A stretch of 64,000 nucleotides of DNA from Felis catus (GCF_018350175.1 NC_058375.1:26660001-26724000); one strand, 5' to 3'. Positions 1 through 12,709 are shown, numbered from the stretch's first letter. The notes: generated by a model from the letters alone, not told the origin. Translations and numbers: made by a program.

Positions 1-939
1 CCAGAGAACCGGGGCGGCTGTCCTCCAGCTCTCTTCCAAGAGGCCGGAACATCGCAATCCCAGGACTTGAGCTGGCTGGGCAGGAGGCGGCTGGCAGCCT
101 GTCCTAAAGCATCCATCACCCGTGCCTGTACGTTGGCTCTGGACCCTGAGGGAACCAGGGGCCACACGAGCCCCAGGGCTGCAGACCCCAGAGGGACACA
201 ACGAGGGTTGGGGAAGGGCAGGGCACCATCAGAGGCCCTTGAAATGTTCTCTAATCCGCTGAACAGGGCTGCATGAAAGTGACACAGAGGTGGGCTCCGG
301 GCCAAAGCAAGGTGCTGGCTGGTTATCTGTGGCCAATTCCGAATCCCAGCAAACATCTGAGTCACTTTCCCACCCTGCTCTGCTTTTATCAAAACACACA
401 TGAGCTCAAGGGAGAATGTCTATACTGGAATATCAGCATGAACCAACCCAAGCAGGCAGGTAAATCTTCTGGAAAAAATCATAATTCTCGGTGCCTTTCT
501 ACCGCTCCCTACCTGAAAGGATACTTACTGTGAGTTGCAGAGCTCAGCTAACACAAGGGCAGCTGAGTTCTCCCCTCAAAGTCAGCCCCCACTGGGAGAG
601 CCTGGGGCCATGGCCAGGCCTGTAAAGGCTGCCTCGAGGCGGAAGGGCGTCTAGGCTCTGATAAGGCAGGGGAAGGACAGGACCCATGTCTGGGGCCCCG
701 CTGACTGTTCCTTCACCCCAGAGACCACAGGGATAATCAGCTCACAGTGTCTTCCGGCCTCAGGCATTTAGTTGCTACCCTACGGTCTCTTGGGGAGGCG
801 AGGGGGAGCCAGCACCAGCTTCACCCCAGAACCAGGCCAGCGCCAGAGGCCAGCAGGCCCCTGCCTCAGGGGGCTGGGTACCCCACACCCAAGTCTCTCC
901 CCTGAGGCAGAGGCAGCCTTTTCCCTACCGCTGCCTTAC

Positions 940-1336
940 CCTCAAAATTGTGTCCCCTCAAAATTCATGTTGAAGTCCTGACCCCCAGTACCTCAGAATG
1001 TGACTGTGTTTGGACATAAGGCCTTTAATGGGGTGATTAAATTAGACGAGGCCATTAAGAGTGGGCCCTAATCCAATCTGTTGTCTTTACAAGAACAGAT
1101 TTGGATACAAAAGACACCCGGACGTGGTGTCACCCACCCAAGTGCACAGGGGGACCACCATGGGTAGAGCAAGAAGGCAGCTATCTCCACGTCAAGGAGA
1201 GAGACCTCAGAAGGAAGCAACACTGCAGGCACCTGATCTCAGACTTTTAGCCTCCAGAACTGTGAGAAAAGTAATGCCTGTGATTAAGCCACCTGGACTG
1301 TGGTATTTTGTTGCAGCCACCCTAGCAAATTAAGAC
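940..1336 (+). mobile_element. MaLR solo LTR (MLT1B/C-like)
   Basis: Recognisable MLT1 motifs: aattgtgtcccc..aaattcatgttgaagtcctgacccccagtacctcagaatgtgac at the start and gcctccagaactgtgaga..tggtattttgttgcagc near the end. Subfamily is from memory. Confidence 0.75.
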
Positions 1337-1864
1337 CCTCCTCTTGATGAGGGGTCTGGGGGGACTTCCTCCTCACACACTGTCAGCTGGGTTGGTGCTC
1401 CGAGAGCCACGATAACCCAGGAAGGACCCCTTCAGCTTGGCCCTTCCCCTCAGATGCCCAGCTTCTACAGCCTCCTCCAGAAACCTCCACCTGCCTACAG
1501 GCCAATGAGTGGGCCAACCAAGGCAGAGCTGTGTGGGTGTCGGGGACCCAGCTGGAACCGGGGGATGCTGCGAGATGCCAAAGCAATGCAGAAGAGGCTG
1601 GGGGGTGGGGGAGACAGTGAAGCAGGGGTTGGGGCAGAAAAGCACCAAATGGCAAAGCCAAAGGGCCTCAGAGCTGAGGATCAGAATGCCCTCACCACTC
1701 CCCAGCCTCCTGCCACGGCATTACTATAGGCCCATTTCCCCTCTACACTCAGGAACCTCCTCTTAAAGCCCAGAGAACAGGGCCTTGTTGCAAGAGTACA
1801 TGCGTGGAACATAAAAAAACTGCTATGAATCAAAATAACCACCTTTCCTGAGGGCTATCAGTGA

Positions 1865-2046
1865 GTCTCAGTTCCAAATGCCTTGCATGTTTTCTCTTAA
1901 TCTTCACAATGACCCCCTGAGATAAGTCCTGTATTAGCCCACCTGACACGTGGACTTGAAACAGAGAAGCTGGGCAGCTTGGATGAGGCCTCAGAGTTCT
2001 AAGTGGCTATGCTGGGTTTTGAACCCAAGCAGCCTAACTCCAGAGC
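1865..2046 (-). mobile_element. MIR fragment
   Basis: Reverse-complement MIR core: ttaatcttcacaat..gaaacagaga..tttgaacccaagcagcctaactccagagc. Confidence 0.55.
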
Positions 2047-3371
2047 TGAGTTTCTTGGAGGGGAAGCGGGGAGGGCCGGGATCGGAGCCCTTCGAGGCCC
2101 CAGCATATGTCAGGGAGGTGACAGCCAGCCAAGGACAGGGCTTTAGGGACAACAGTGGATAAACAAACCTTGTCATCAATTGACCAAATTATAAACACAC
2201 GGGGCTCCATCTGTGGGAAAGTCTGTGACCTTCTACCCTCCTGCGCGTGGGGAAAACAGCCTGGAGAGCATCAGAGAGGCAGAGCTACCCCTAAAGGTTT
2301 GTCTGTGGTCCGTGCACTGGGAAATCGAAAGTGGGAAGGGGCAGGAAAAGCAGGCTGCGGCCTCCATCCGAGGTATGTCACGTGAGCCGCCCACAGAGGG
2401 CCCCAGCTGTGCCCTATGGCCAGCCTGCACTCAAAGGGTGCTTCCCTCATCGGGTCTACCGGTCTGCAGGCCAGCTGACCTTGCTTTGGTGTGATGACAA
2501 CATGTAAACTGGGAAGGGGAGGGGGCACCGGGTGGCTACAAACCCAGCTCTGCTGGTTATCTGGGGTGAGCCATTTCCCGCTCGGGGCCTCAGATCCCCT
2601 GTCAGCCTAACAGGAACCAGTGCTCTTCTCCCTTCTGGTTGAACTCACTGGGGATGAGGGACAAATGAAGACGGCTTATTGTGAATACAAGGTTTGCCTC
2701 AGCTTTTAGGTGAAATGAGGAAACAGAAGCCTGCCTCACCTAGCAGCCCACCTGCCCTCCCCGGCCTAAGGGATGAATGGAGACAAACGGAGACACTCCC
2801 AAAGCAGGGGCTCCCTCAGACCCCCCGGCATTCCCAGGCCTCCCTAGGATTTCCGTGTCCCCCAGGGTTGGCCCAGGGTTCTGCTGAGGCTGAGGGAGAG
2901 CCCCACCTGGTAAGGGCATTAAGGGATTCCCTGGGCTCCATCCCAGGGCCTTGCCGGGTTCCTTGGAGCGTTCCCATCCACCCTGCCGAGCTGCTGCAGG
3001 GCTTTGATCACTACTACACGAAGGGCTTCCTGAATGCTTTCCTGAGGACATTGTTCCCCACTACAGAGTCATCAGGGTCAAATTCATCATGGGCTATGCT
3101 GGTCCAGGTCCCACCCAGTGGGGAAAGCCAGCCCTCTGCCCAAGCCCCACTTCCCCTGGGAAAATGAAGCCAGTGGCTTGTTTTGGTTTCACTCATGACC
3201 AGCCTCGGGGAAGACAAAGCAGTAGCAACACAGTGCCGCCATTAGCTCAAGGCGGCCAGGCGCCTCAAAGCACACGCCCGGTGGTCTTGCCCCCTCAGCT
3301 TCCATAGAAGCTGGTCTCCGCACCCAGCCCCAGTTGTCGGCTCCACCCCAGAATCACACTCGAGGGGCCTC

Positions 3372-3800
3372 TTAATTCACTCAACATTTATTGAAAATGA
3401 CTCTGTGCCAGGCCCCCTGCGAGGGGCAGAGGTGGATAAGACGTGGCGCCTGCCCTCAAGGAACTCACAGTCTAACGGGGGAAGACACACACCCGTTACG
3501 GTGCCTTGTAACAAATGCCACAGGACAATGACCACAGGGCTGGACAAGCAGGGAGGGAAGGACAGCCTCCGCTTAGGAAAGTGCCTTTGAGCCTGTACTA
3601 TATCTTGCAGCGTCACAGGAGTTCACCAAGTAGCCAAGGAGGAGGGACACACGATGGACATAGAGGTATCAGGATTGGAACAAGCATCATGTGCTCAGGA
3701 AGCGGCAAAGGCTGGCCTCTGTCCCAGGGATGATGGGAGGGAGGCTGGAGCAAGCTGGTGAAAGAAGGAGTGAGGCATGCCAGGGGCTCTGGTGAGAGGA
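3372..3800 (-). mobile_element. L2 3' fragment
   Basis: Begins ttcactcaacatttattga..tgtgccagg, the reverse of an L2 3' end, followed by purine-rich L2-like sequence. Confidence 0.5.
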
Positions 3801-3845
3801 GCCATGGAGGTCTTTAAGCAGTGACCTCATCAGAAATGTCTTTTA

Positions 3846-4075
3846 GGGGCGCCTGGGTGGCGCAGTCGGTTAAGCGTCCGACTTCAGCCAGGTCACGATC
3901 TCGCAGTCCGGGAGTTCGAGCCCCGCGTCAGGCTCTGGGCTGATGGCTCAGAGCCTGGAGCCTGTTTCCGATTCTGTGTCTCCCTCTCTCTCTGCCCCTC
4001 CCCCATTCATGCTCTGTCTCTCTCTGTCGCAAAAATAAATAAACGTTGAAAAAAAAAAATTAAAAAAAAAAAAAA
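3846..4075 (+). mobile_element. Young Can-SINE (SINEC_Fc1-like) with perfect 15-bp TSD
   Basis: tRNA-derived head ggggcgcctgggtggcgcagtcggttaagcgtccgac, (CT)n tract and A tail. AGAAATGTCTTTTAG is duplicated at 3832-3846 and 4076-4090. Confidence 0.95.
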
Positions 4076-5094
4076 AGAAATGTCTTTTAGAAAGAAAATG
4101 CTGGCAGAAATAGGAAGAACTTCCAGGAAGAGACTGACAGTTTAGGCAAGATGATGCGATACAGAGGAGGGTAACTGCAGGTTGGCTCAATGGAGCCCAC
4201 AAGTGGGGGGGTGGGGGAGGGAGTCAGACAACAAGGGAGAAACAGGACAGAGGGGGAGGGCTCCACGCCAAACCTGGGGTGGATTCCCTCAATCTTCCCA
4301 ACTCTGTGAGGGAGGCAGAAGCATCCCCACTTTACAGATGATGTTTGGAGAAGTGAAGTGACTTTGCTAGTCACACAACTAGATTACGGAGCTATCTGCA
4401 AACCCATCATTCGATACTGGAGGGAAATCCAGACTAATTACTCTTCTCCATTCTTAAAGCTGGTATCCCAAAGACTTCTCTTTAGCAAATACTCTGGGAG
4501 ACTGTGTACAGAAAAGGAATAGAAGAGCATTTATTTCCATTTCATTATTCAGACTGGCTGCCATCCAGTGCGCTAGAAGTAAGGCTTCACTGGACTATCA
4601 CATAGCACTTGCGGTTTTCAAAGCGTCCTCGGGATTGGTTTCTCCTTCTCTTTACACCATCAGCAGGGAACACACTCACGTCCCCAGTTTGCAGGTGGAG
4701 AAGCCAAGGCCAGAGGAAGTGAAAGGTCATGTCCCATGTCACCCAGTTTCCTTGTCCCCAAGTCCAAGGCTCTTTCCTCTACCTGTGCTCCTGATACAGA
4801 ACTCCTGGGGATTCTGCAACCCCTTGCTCTCCACTTCCCATCTTTGACCCTGCAGACGGCACCAACAGAACTGCTACTTAGTGACACAGGTCTGGCCAGC
4901 TTGGTTCTTATCCAAGGCAGTCCCTTCTGTAAAGTATTCCTAAGAAGTCCTCAGCCACCAGGCCTGTCAGGGTCCTGTTATCATTCTCCCAGCCAAGCCT
5001 GGTCCTGCCTCCAGATCCCCACTTCACCAGGATCACAAGGATGCATGCAACTATTGCAGGAAATGGAGGCTTTTCCTGCAGTAAAATGAAAGCA

Positions 5095-5320
5095 GCTAAC
5101 ATTATTGAGCACCTACCTACTGGTTGTCATAGACCCTGCTAAAAACTTTACATGTTACCTTAGCCTTGCTGCCACCCAGCAAAAATAGGTACTCTTATCC
5201 CCATTTTACAGATGAGGACAGTGAGGTTCAGAAAGGCTAAGTGACTTGCCCAAGGTCATTCAGCTAGTTGCGGAGGCAGTATTCATAACTCAACTGTTGG
5301 ACTCGAGAGCGCACTGTATT
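5095..5320 (-). mobile_element. MIR
   Basis: attattgagcacctac..cccattttacagatgaggacagtgaggttcagaaaggctaagtgacttgcccaaggtca is the reverse MIR core. Confidence 0.75.
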
Positions 5321-7369
5321 TTTACTCTGCCACGCTGCCCTGGCTCACCACTCTACAAGTGCAGAGACGTCCACACCAAAGTGGAAAAGGAAAAGGGAGG
5401 CAAGACAGCTTTTCCATTGTTTGCTGCCGGGCTCCCAGGCAGCTTCAGGGAGGCTAATCCCATGGTGTTTCACTCGGCCAACAGTCCCACCAGCCTGGGA
5501 CCCTGGGAAGCCGACGAGAGTCAAAGGGCTCCCTGGCAAGCTTATCCTGGCAGCTGCCCAGCTGACTTGTGCTAACACAGCAACAGGCACAGGAAAGGCT
5601 CTAGAGGGAGTGGAAAAGCACCAGACACTGGGCCTCTGAGGGGACAGAAGTGATTCCTGCCCAGCTCAGACAGGATAACCCTGCTCTAAAGCCACCCACC
5701 GTCACTGGACCGAGAAAACACCCGAGAAGGGGCCAAGCACCTTTAGCAAGCACCAAGCACCTCTCCTTACTAATAATGTGTTTCAGTGAGTCGTGACAAT
5801 GGGCCAGTCCAGAAGAGGGACATGTGCCTCCAAGGTGAATCAGCAAGCATGGAAGAAACCAGTGCCCTGGTTCCTTCCAGCCACCTTGGCCTGTCTTTGC
5901 CCACAGCCACAGGAACCCTGCTACTCGATGTCACCTGAGCAGAGGCAAGAAGGCGCGCACTGTGTCAGAGTTCCACCGCGGCAGCAGATCCCGGCCAGCC
6001 GTGGGAAAGAAAGAGCCAGCTGGGGATATTAATAGACCTGCTGGCGGCAGAGATTCAGTGAGGGCAAACCCTAGGAAATGAAACTGCCCAAGAGGGGGCA
6101 TAAAATGAGACTCCTGGAAGGGAGCAATGTAGGTTTCCAAAGACAGGGCTTCGGCAGCCAGGCCCTGGGCGGAGCTACATCAGCAGTGACAGGGTTATTC
6201 TGAAATATCTGCAAATCCAAAAATGTCTTAGTTTGTGGGACAACTTTTTTGGTGCGGTTTCTGTAGGTTTTCTATCCTCTAAAGTTCTGCTTAGACTGGT
6301 ATTAGATATTAAGTATCTAATATCTATTAGACTGGTTTCAAGAGAAACTAATCCTGGGCCCTAATATTTGCCACAAGTTGTTATACTGCTTTAAAAAAAA
6401 AAAATGTATAGCTCGCAGATTTCACTGAAAGGAAAGGGACAGTTTGAGAAGTCACAAATTGGCAGCTACCGGATGAAATTAAATCCACGGGTATGTTAGC
6501 AGGCTTTGAATTCTTTTTAAAAAATCAAATGTCAACATTTAAAAATCAAGTTTCCAAAAAAAAATGCGTAATATTCTAAATTTCTAGCATCTTTTAGAAA
6601 AAAGGAAAAAAAAAAACGAAAAATTTGGCATCACAAATTGGAAGATGCTGCATGGCCACTGCCCCCTTTAGGCAGGCCGGTCCCTGTAATTCCTGGCCTG
6701 GCCTGTTCACTTAAGCCCCGCTCACTTAAGCACCCCCCCCCTCCCCCGACTGACCCCTGGGGGCATGCGCCTTTGCCACTCCTTGTTAAGCCCAGGGAAG
6801 GGCTGCCAGGCTTGGTCATGCTCAGGACCACCACAGGGCGGCAGCACTGGTCTGTCACCCGCCAGCGGGCTAACCAAGCTGAGCTCGGCACACCCTTGCA
6901 GAACCAGACATCTCATACTTACCTCAGTGGTAGACACTCCCACACTCATTAGATTTATTCCCTAAAAGCAACAGTGGCTCATTTCAGCATCCCCACTCGC
7001 TTCAGGGACTGAGGAGGGCCACTAACGACTTGCTCTCTCCTCTGGCCACCCCCTTCCACATCTTCCCAGCTCCACCCACCCCACCTGTTCAGGAATTCCA
7101 CCTCCACCCACCTGTTATACCAGCAGGCCTCAGATCCCAAGAGAAGAGAAGCAGGACAAACCCACCCCCCCCCCCACCCCACCACCACCATCACCTTGAA
7201 AGACAGTTCATTCTTCATCATATGCTCCTTACTTGCTTTTGCTCACTTAGGTTAAATGTCAGTTGACTTCATGGACAATAGGTTCTTACACCTCTTCCCA
7301 CCCTCTGCTCTCACTGCCCTTCCAACAGCACTAGTGACATCTTAAGCGGCAGCATTTAGTATAAATTCC

Positions 7370-7880
7370 TGCAGCCATTTAAGAAAGACCTTTGGTATTA
7401 TGCATCAAGGTCCTCAAAACTGCACATCCATTTCACCCAAAATGTCATTTGTGGTTCCTGCCATTGACTCCAAAATGCAGGAAAAGCTTAAAGAAAGATA
7501 TTCATTGCAATATTTACACTAGTGAACGACCAGAAACAATCCAAATGTCCAGCAACTGGGAAATTACTGAAAACTACATTTTTCCCACTTGATGGGCAGT
7601 TGTGAAGCTATTAAAGTAGGATTGTGAAGACCATGTGATAAGATAGAAAAAATGATTACGATATGAGAAACTATGTAAAGAAAGAATATAAAATTAAGTG
7701 GACAATAATGTAAAAATCTTAAAAACCTATGCCAAGAATTAGTGAAAGGGAACAAAATGCTACTTTTGTAGTTGTACTAGAGGCCTAGTTGGGGTTGGGC
7801 ATGGGGCTGACCCTTTTTAAATCTCTACCAAATGTTCTTTAATGTATATATATTATTTTTATAGGGAAAAATGTAGTTCT
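7370..7880 (+). mobile_element. Old L1M 3' fragment
   Basis: AT-rich, with L1 3' end motifs (gatattcattgcaatatttac, gaaacaatccaaatgtccagcaactggg). Confidence 0.55.
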
Positions 7881-8782
7881 GTGTACAACTGGGAAATTTG
7901 ATAGCAATTCTTAAGCTCCCTGGTCTACACTGAATTCACACTTTGAAATATCCTATAAGCCTCTTCCCATCATGATAAAAAGGCTGCTGGGAACCTGCAC
8001 GTCCAGGACTCATTGCCTGGGCCCCGGAGCCCTTAGTTAAAGGCCAGTATTATCCACCCCTGAAGTGCCTGCACTTGCATAACTCCTAAGGAGACCCCAA
8101 CACTATCTGGAAGATAGGATTCAATCAACAGTGGTTCTCAGATGCCACTTTAATCAAGTTTTGTACCATACAGTGATGGGGGGCGGGGGGGTGAAAAATC
8201 ATGACTGTTTTCAAGCAAATTCACCTGTCCCAAGGCAAACTGCCTGGACTTCCAAGAACAGAAAAAGGCTTTCCTCCCCGAGGAGTCTCTTTCCTGACCT
8301 GATAGGATAGGATTTCAGGAAGAATGAGCACAGGAAGAGGGCAAACTAGTGAAAGAAGCCAGGTAGCTTTTTGAATTCTTCCCAGTGCACACAGGAACTA
8401 GGCCTGCAGGCATGCCTCCTAAGGCAGCCCCAACTCCAGCCCCTCCCCGCCGAGGCCGAAGAGCCTCCCCGCAGAAGCAGACGGCCATCGTTTATAACAC
8501 TTCTCCCAGCAGCACGCCCAGAAGCGCAGAAGCCTGCGCACCACACAACGGATGCAACCTTCAGGCCAGAACCCCCAAGGGCCTTTCCTCTTCACTGGCC
8601 CCTCGGCTGCTCACGTGTCTGCCTGGCAACAGAACAGCAGCCAGTATGTGCAAGGCTGGGTGGTGCGGGAAGGGCCAGAAGAAGCAACAAAGCAAATGAC
8701 ATGTGGGTTCTGGGGCCGGGTAGACACGGTGGCAGGGCCACTCATGGCCCACAGAAGGACCCATGGGGCTCTGTGTCCTCCA

Positions 8783-9061
8783 TTAGTTCTTCTCCGGGCG
8801 GTTTCTGTTCAGGACAGCTTTAGGGGCAAATTCCAGCTTGTCCTTAAGGCTCACCACCTGGGTGTGGTCCTTGCCTAGCAGTTCATCCAGCTTGCGGTCC
8901 TCCCGGCGCTCAGAGATGCTCTTCTCCTCCTCCGCGGGCTGGGGATCCTTTCCCCGGATGAACCATTCCAGGTGGTAACCCACAGCCCCGACCACAAAGG
9001 CCACAGGAAATGTGACATAGGGAGCATAGGTACGCACCACGGTCCAGAGCACAGGCCACAT
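8783..9061 (-). CDS. SMIM12: Small integral membrane protein 12, 92 aa, single coding exon (exon 2)
   Basis: ATG at 9061 to TAA at 8783-8785 reads [92 protein letters not shown], recognised as SMIM12. The acceptor ctcttctgcag lies 5 nt upstream (exon starts at 9066). It sits next to DLGAP3, as in human 1p34.3. Confidence 0.97.
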   Translation of the reverse strand: MWPVLWTVVRTYAPYVTFPVAFVVGAVGYHLEWFIRGKDPQPAEEEKSISERREDRKLDELLGKDHTQVVSLKDKLEFAPKAVLNRNRPEKN

Positions 9062-9749
9062 GACATCTGCAGAAGAGCACAAGGCCGCATTAGGGAGAAA
9101 CCAGCACTCCCTCTTCCCCGAATACGGACAACCCAACCCACTGGGGCTCTCCACTTCCCAGGAAGCCTGGCACAATTTACTGAGCGTCCACCCTAGGCAG
9201 AGTAATCCAAGAGGGTACCTTGCTTTAGGCAACAGTTCGGGCCCTGAAACAACCTAGGCAGTTTTCAAAGACATGATTGTTAGGGAAAGGGGGAAGAATC
9301 TCTTTTATGTACTATGCTCTTTGACAATTACACAACCATGCATGGCAGTGTTCCCCACAAGGGAACCTCTGAGCTTACCTACCAAAGATTCAAGTCTGTT
9401 ATTGACCCCAGGCCCTGCCTCCACAGTTTGCCAACATTACAGGAATGGACAAGAGCCTTTCTCCGCTCTATGCAGTTTCTCCATGAACACAACCAGCCAT
9501 AATTTTCCTACCATGTGTAGTCCCACTGTGAGTCTCCTGGCTCCAAGATAATGAGAAGTAGTTTCTTTGCCTCACAAAAATAATAAGGAGCATATTTAAG
9601 TGGCCAAAACCCTAATCCATTACTCAACCATTCTGGATGTTATATAAATGATGATTTTTTCCTATTCTGACCTTGATTTCCCTAACAATGAGACATATTT
9701 ATACTTTACAAAACTGCTGCCCAAACCTCTTTCAAAATACGTTCTCTTC

Positions 9750-9932
9750 GGGGCACCTGGGTAGCTCAGTTGGTTAAGCATCCAACTCTTGATCTCGGCT
9801 CAGGTCATGATCTCACAGTCAGGAGATCAAGCCCCACGTTGGGCTCCTTGCTGAGCGTGGAGCCTGCCTGGGATTCTCTCCCTCTCTCTGCCCCTCCACC
9901 CCCTCTCAAAAATAGATAGATAGATAAATAAC
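9750..9932 (+). mobile_element. Can-SINE (older subfamily) in SMIM12 intron
   Basis: gggcacctgggtagctcagttggttaagcatcc head. Flanked by atac(g/a)ttctcttc on both sides (TSD). Confidence 0.9.
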
Positions 9933-11849
9933 AATATACATTCTCTTCAACCAAGCCCATACCCTCATTTTGCATAATAAACTCCTAAAAATATCACCAA
10001 CACTGAAAAACTAGGGCTTGAGTTTTTCTGTAAAAAAACAAACAAACAAACAAAAAAACACTGTACAAGCCCATGGCAGAAAAAAAAAAAGGTGGAATGG
10101 CTCTGGAGCGTCCTGAAAGTAAGTAAATTAAGCTCTTACGTGCCAGTCCTTGGGCTAAGCAGTTTATATACAGTATTCCCTTTAATCGTCATGTCTACTC
10201 TAAGAAGTAGATGGCATTATCAGAGGGTTAACTAACTTGCCCAAAGTCTCAACTAAAAGATCATTCCATTTGCACTCTGTAGGTGTTTCTCCAACTTGGC
10301 TATCTCTGGTCTAAAGTGTACAACTGAAACCTCACCAAGGATAAAATGATTCTCTCTTTTTGGTTCCAATTCTCTTTGGAGAAATCCAGTGTTCTGTGCA
10401 CCAAGACTATAATGGATCAGCATCAAGGAAAAAGACTGCAGCAGCCTCAAGGTTCCCCTCTGGGTCCTTTGTCTTAGCACCAGGCCCTATGCTGGACAAG
10501 TCACACACTAGTCATCACCTGATCTTTACAACACCTCTATGAGGCAGGAATTATCAGCCCAGATTTGTGTCTAAGGCCACAGTGGCTCAGGGACATTATG
10601 TTAACTTGTCCAGGATCACTAGAAGTGACACAGCCACAGCTTGTGAATCCAGGCCTCTCCAAACTTCAATGCTTGTGCTCTTTCTAGTGGTTAAGAACAC
10701 ATTGCAGACAGGTGTATTGTTTCCTCCAAGTCCTGGACTTGGGGAGAGCTTCCTGCAATTTCTTCCCATCTACTTGGCATGTCACTATCTGGAAGAGCTT
10801 CCCTCTTGGGCAAACTCTCAGATTACTCAGATTTGTGAAATCATAAGACTTAGAAGTTGTTAAAACTCCGATGAAGAACCTCAAACCTAATACTTCATTT
10901 TCTTTCCTTTTATGCAAATTCCCTATAAGTAAACACTTACTCTAAACAGCAATCCTCCATTCAGATCCCTCATTTGCCGTCAAACACAGCAAGCATGAGT
11001 CCACAATTCATATCACTCCCCACATGCAGCAAAGGTCTCTCTGTCGTCCTGCCCACTCTAATCATTCCCCAACTAGTCAATTCATTCATTTATTCAACAC
11101 TTAGAACCACTTTCTCTGTGACAGATGTTGGGCTGGCAGCCTACCCTACTTATCTGCATTTCTCAAAACACTTAAGCTCCAAGAGAGCAAGGACCATGTC
11201 TGTGTGCACCACCCCCCCCCCCCGCCTGGTATAAAGCTCCCCAAAACAGTTTGTTGAATGAATGAATGACAGCTCAGACAACCCGCCAGTGTAAAATCAC
11301 AGCAGTCACCCACCCCCTCGCCCTCAAAAGGCGGCAGGAATACAGCAGGCTACTTTTCTGATTCCAAGAAGCTAAATACTCTCCAAGTCATCCCTGGGGT
11401 ATCAAAATGAAAGCAGCAAATACTGGAACGTATTCTTTCCGGCCCAACACAGAGGGAGCCTGAGTGCCCGGTAAAGGTCAAGTGGGTTCCCGGGAAGCCT
11501 GTCCTTGTACCGGCGCCCCGGAGACCCAATGAGACCCGAAGCCGCAGTTCCGAGATTTGAGAAATGTTAACAAGGGCAGATGAGAGCTGACAGGGTGGAA
11601 GGACCGACCCTGACCGTCACTCGAGGCCAGCCCAGAGATGGGAGCGCAACTGAGGTCCACGTCCAAGTATCTGCCCTTCTCCCTCCTCTGGGCTCCCAGG
11701 CCCTGCCCGTTATCCCACCAGGCTCGTGGCCTTGTCGGCGTCTGTTCTCACCCACGTGCCTGAGGCCGAGAAGCCCTAGTCGCAAAGGGTCTGCTGGGAG
11801 CCCAGACTCAGCTTCCGAGCGCTGGGAAGAGAGGAGCTGTCAGGCCGGG

Positions 11850-12260
11850 GCGGGAGCAGACACTCGCGATCACCCTTGCCTAATTCAGAGGTCACTGCCT
11901 GGAGCCGTCCCCCCGGCAACGGGCGGCCCCGGCGGCCGCTCTGGGGGAGGGAACTGCCCGCCGGGACCGCGTGCTCACCTGCGCCGCAGCCCGCACTGCA
12001 CCGTCCGGGCCCCGTCCTCCGCCCGCTCACTCGCCTGGAGCACCGACGTCTCCACTCCCAGCGGCCCGCAGGCCCTCACCCCGGGATCCCGCCCACCTGC
12101 GCCTGCTCTCTCGGAGCGCGGCGATTGGCTGAGCTCCAGCCAGAGAACCAGAGGAAGCTAGGCGTCCTCAGCAGGCCCCGCTGCACAGAGAAGGGTACTC
12201 CGCCCCCTGGTGGTATGGAGGTTTCCCAGTGACGGTTTAGCCCGTGCTTGTCGCGGGGAG
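11850..12260 (-). promoter_or_regulatory. SMIM12: SMIM12 CpG-island promoter and non-coding exon 1
   Basis: CpG-dense. Strong donor CAG|GTGAGC (exon ends 11979), GC boxes (cccgccc), and a CCAAT box on the minus strand (attgg at 12124-12128). The TSS cannot be fixed from sequence. Confidence 0.75.
12198..12216 (-). promoter_or_regulatory. CTCF motif (candidate)
   Basis: Minus strand reads ATACCACCAGGGGGCGGAG; the core CCACCAGGGGGCG matches the CTCF consensus. Confidence 0.65.
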
Positions 12261-12414
12261 AAAGTGGAAGGTCATCCATTCTTTATTCAACTGATGTTTA
12301 TTAGGCGTCTTCTAAGACCTAGGTCTGGGCACACAAAAATTAAAGACAGATTCCTTGACTTCAAGATCCTCTTAGCAGAATATAGTCTAGAACTCTAAGA
12401 ACGCTTCAGAGCTG

Positions 12415-12570
12415 GGCTAGCTTTCTAGCCATGTGACCTTGGGAACATTATTAATCAGCCTGCGCCTCCTTTCCAGCTTATGCATAAAGGTAATAACACC
12501 TATTTCACAGAAGGTTGGGAGGGTTTGATGAGATAATGCATGTAAAGTGCTGTGCCAGGCACAGAGCAAC
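12415..12570 (+). mobile_element. MIR
   Basis: ctagccatgtgaccttgggaac..gatgagataatgcatgtaaagtgctgtgccaggcacag. Confidence 0.7.
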
Positions 12571-12709
12571 AGGGAAATAAATGGTACTATCGTTGGTATA
12601 CAAAAAATTGAAATGCAGTAAAACCTAAGTCTTATCTGACCCCTCAGATACAAGTATTCACTCCCCCTGTATCCACTATGCCCTGTACAGACACGTATTT
12701 GATCACATA

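Noticed and set aside
2377-2386. GTCACGTGAG E-box (USF/MiT type)
   Set aside because: Single short motif with no supporting cluster or promoter context.
8783-9232. 149-aa N-terminally extended SMIM12 from the ORF track
   Set aside because: The extension runs through the splice acceptor at 9067-9068 into intron; the recognised protein starts at 9061.
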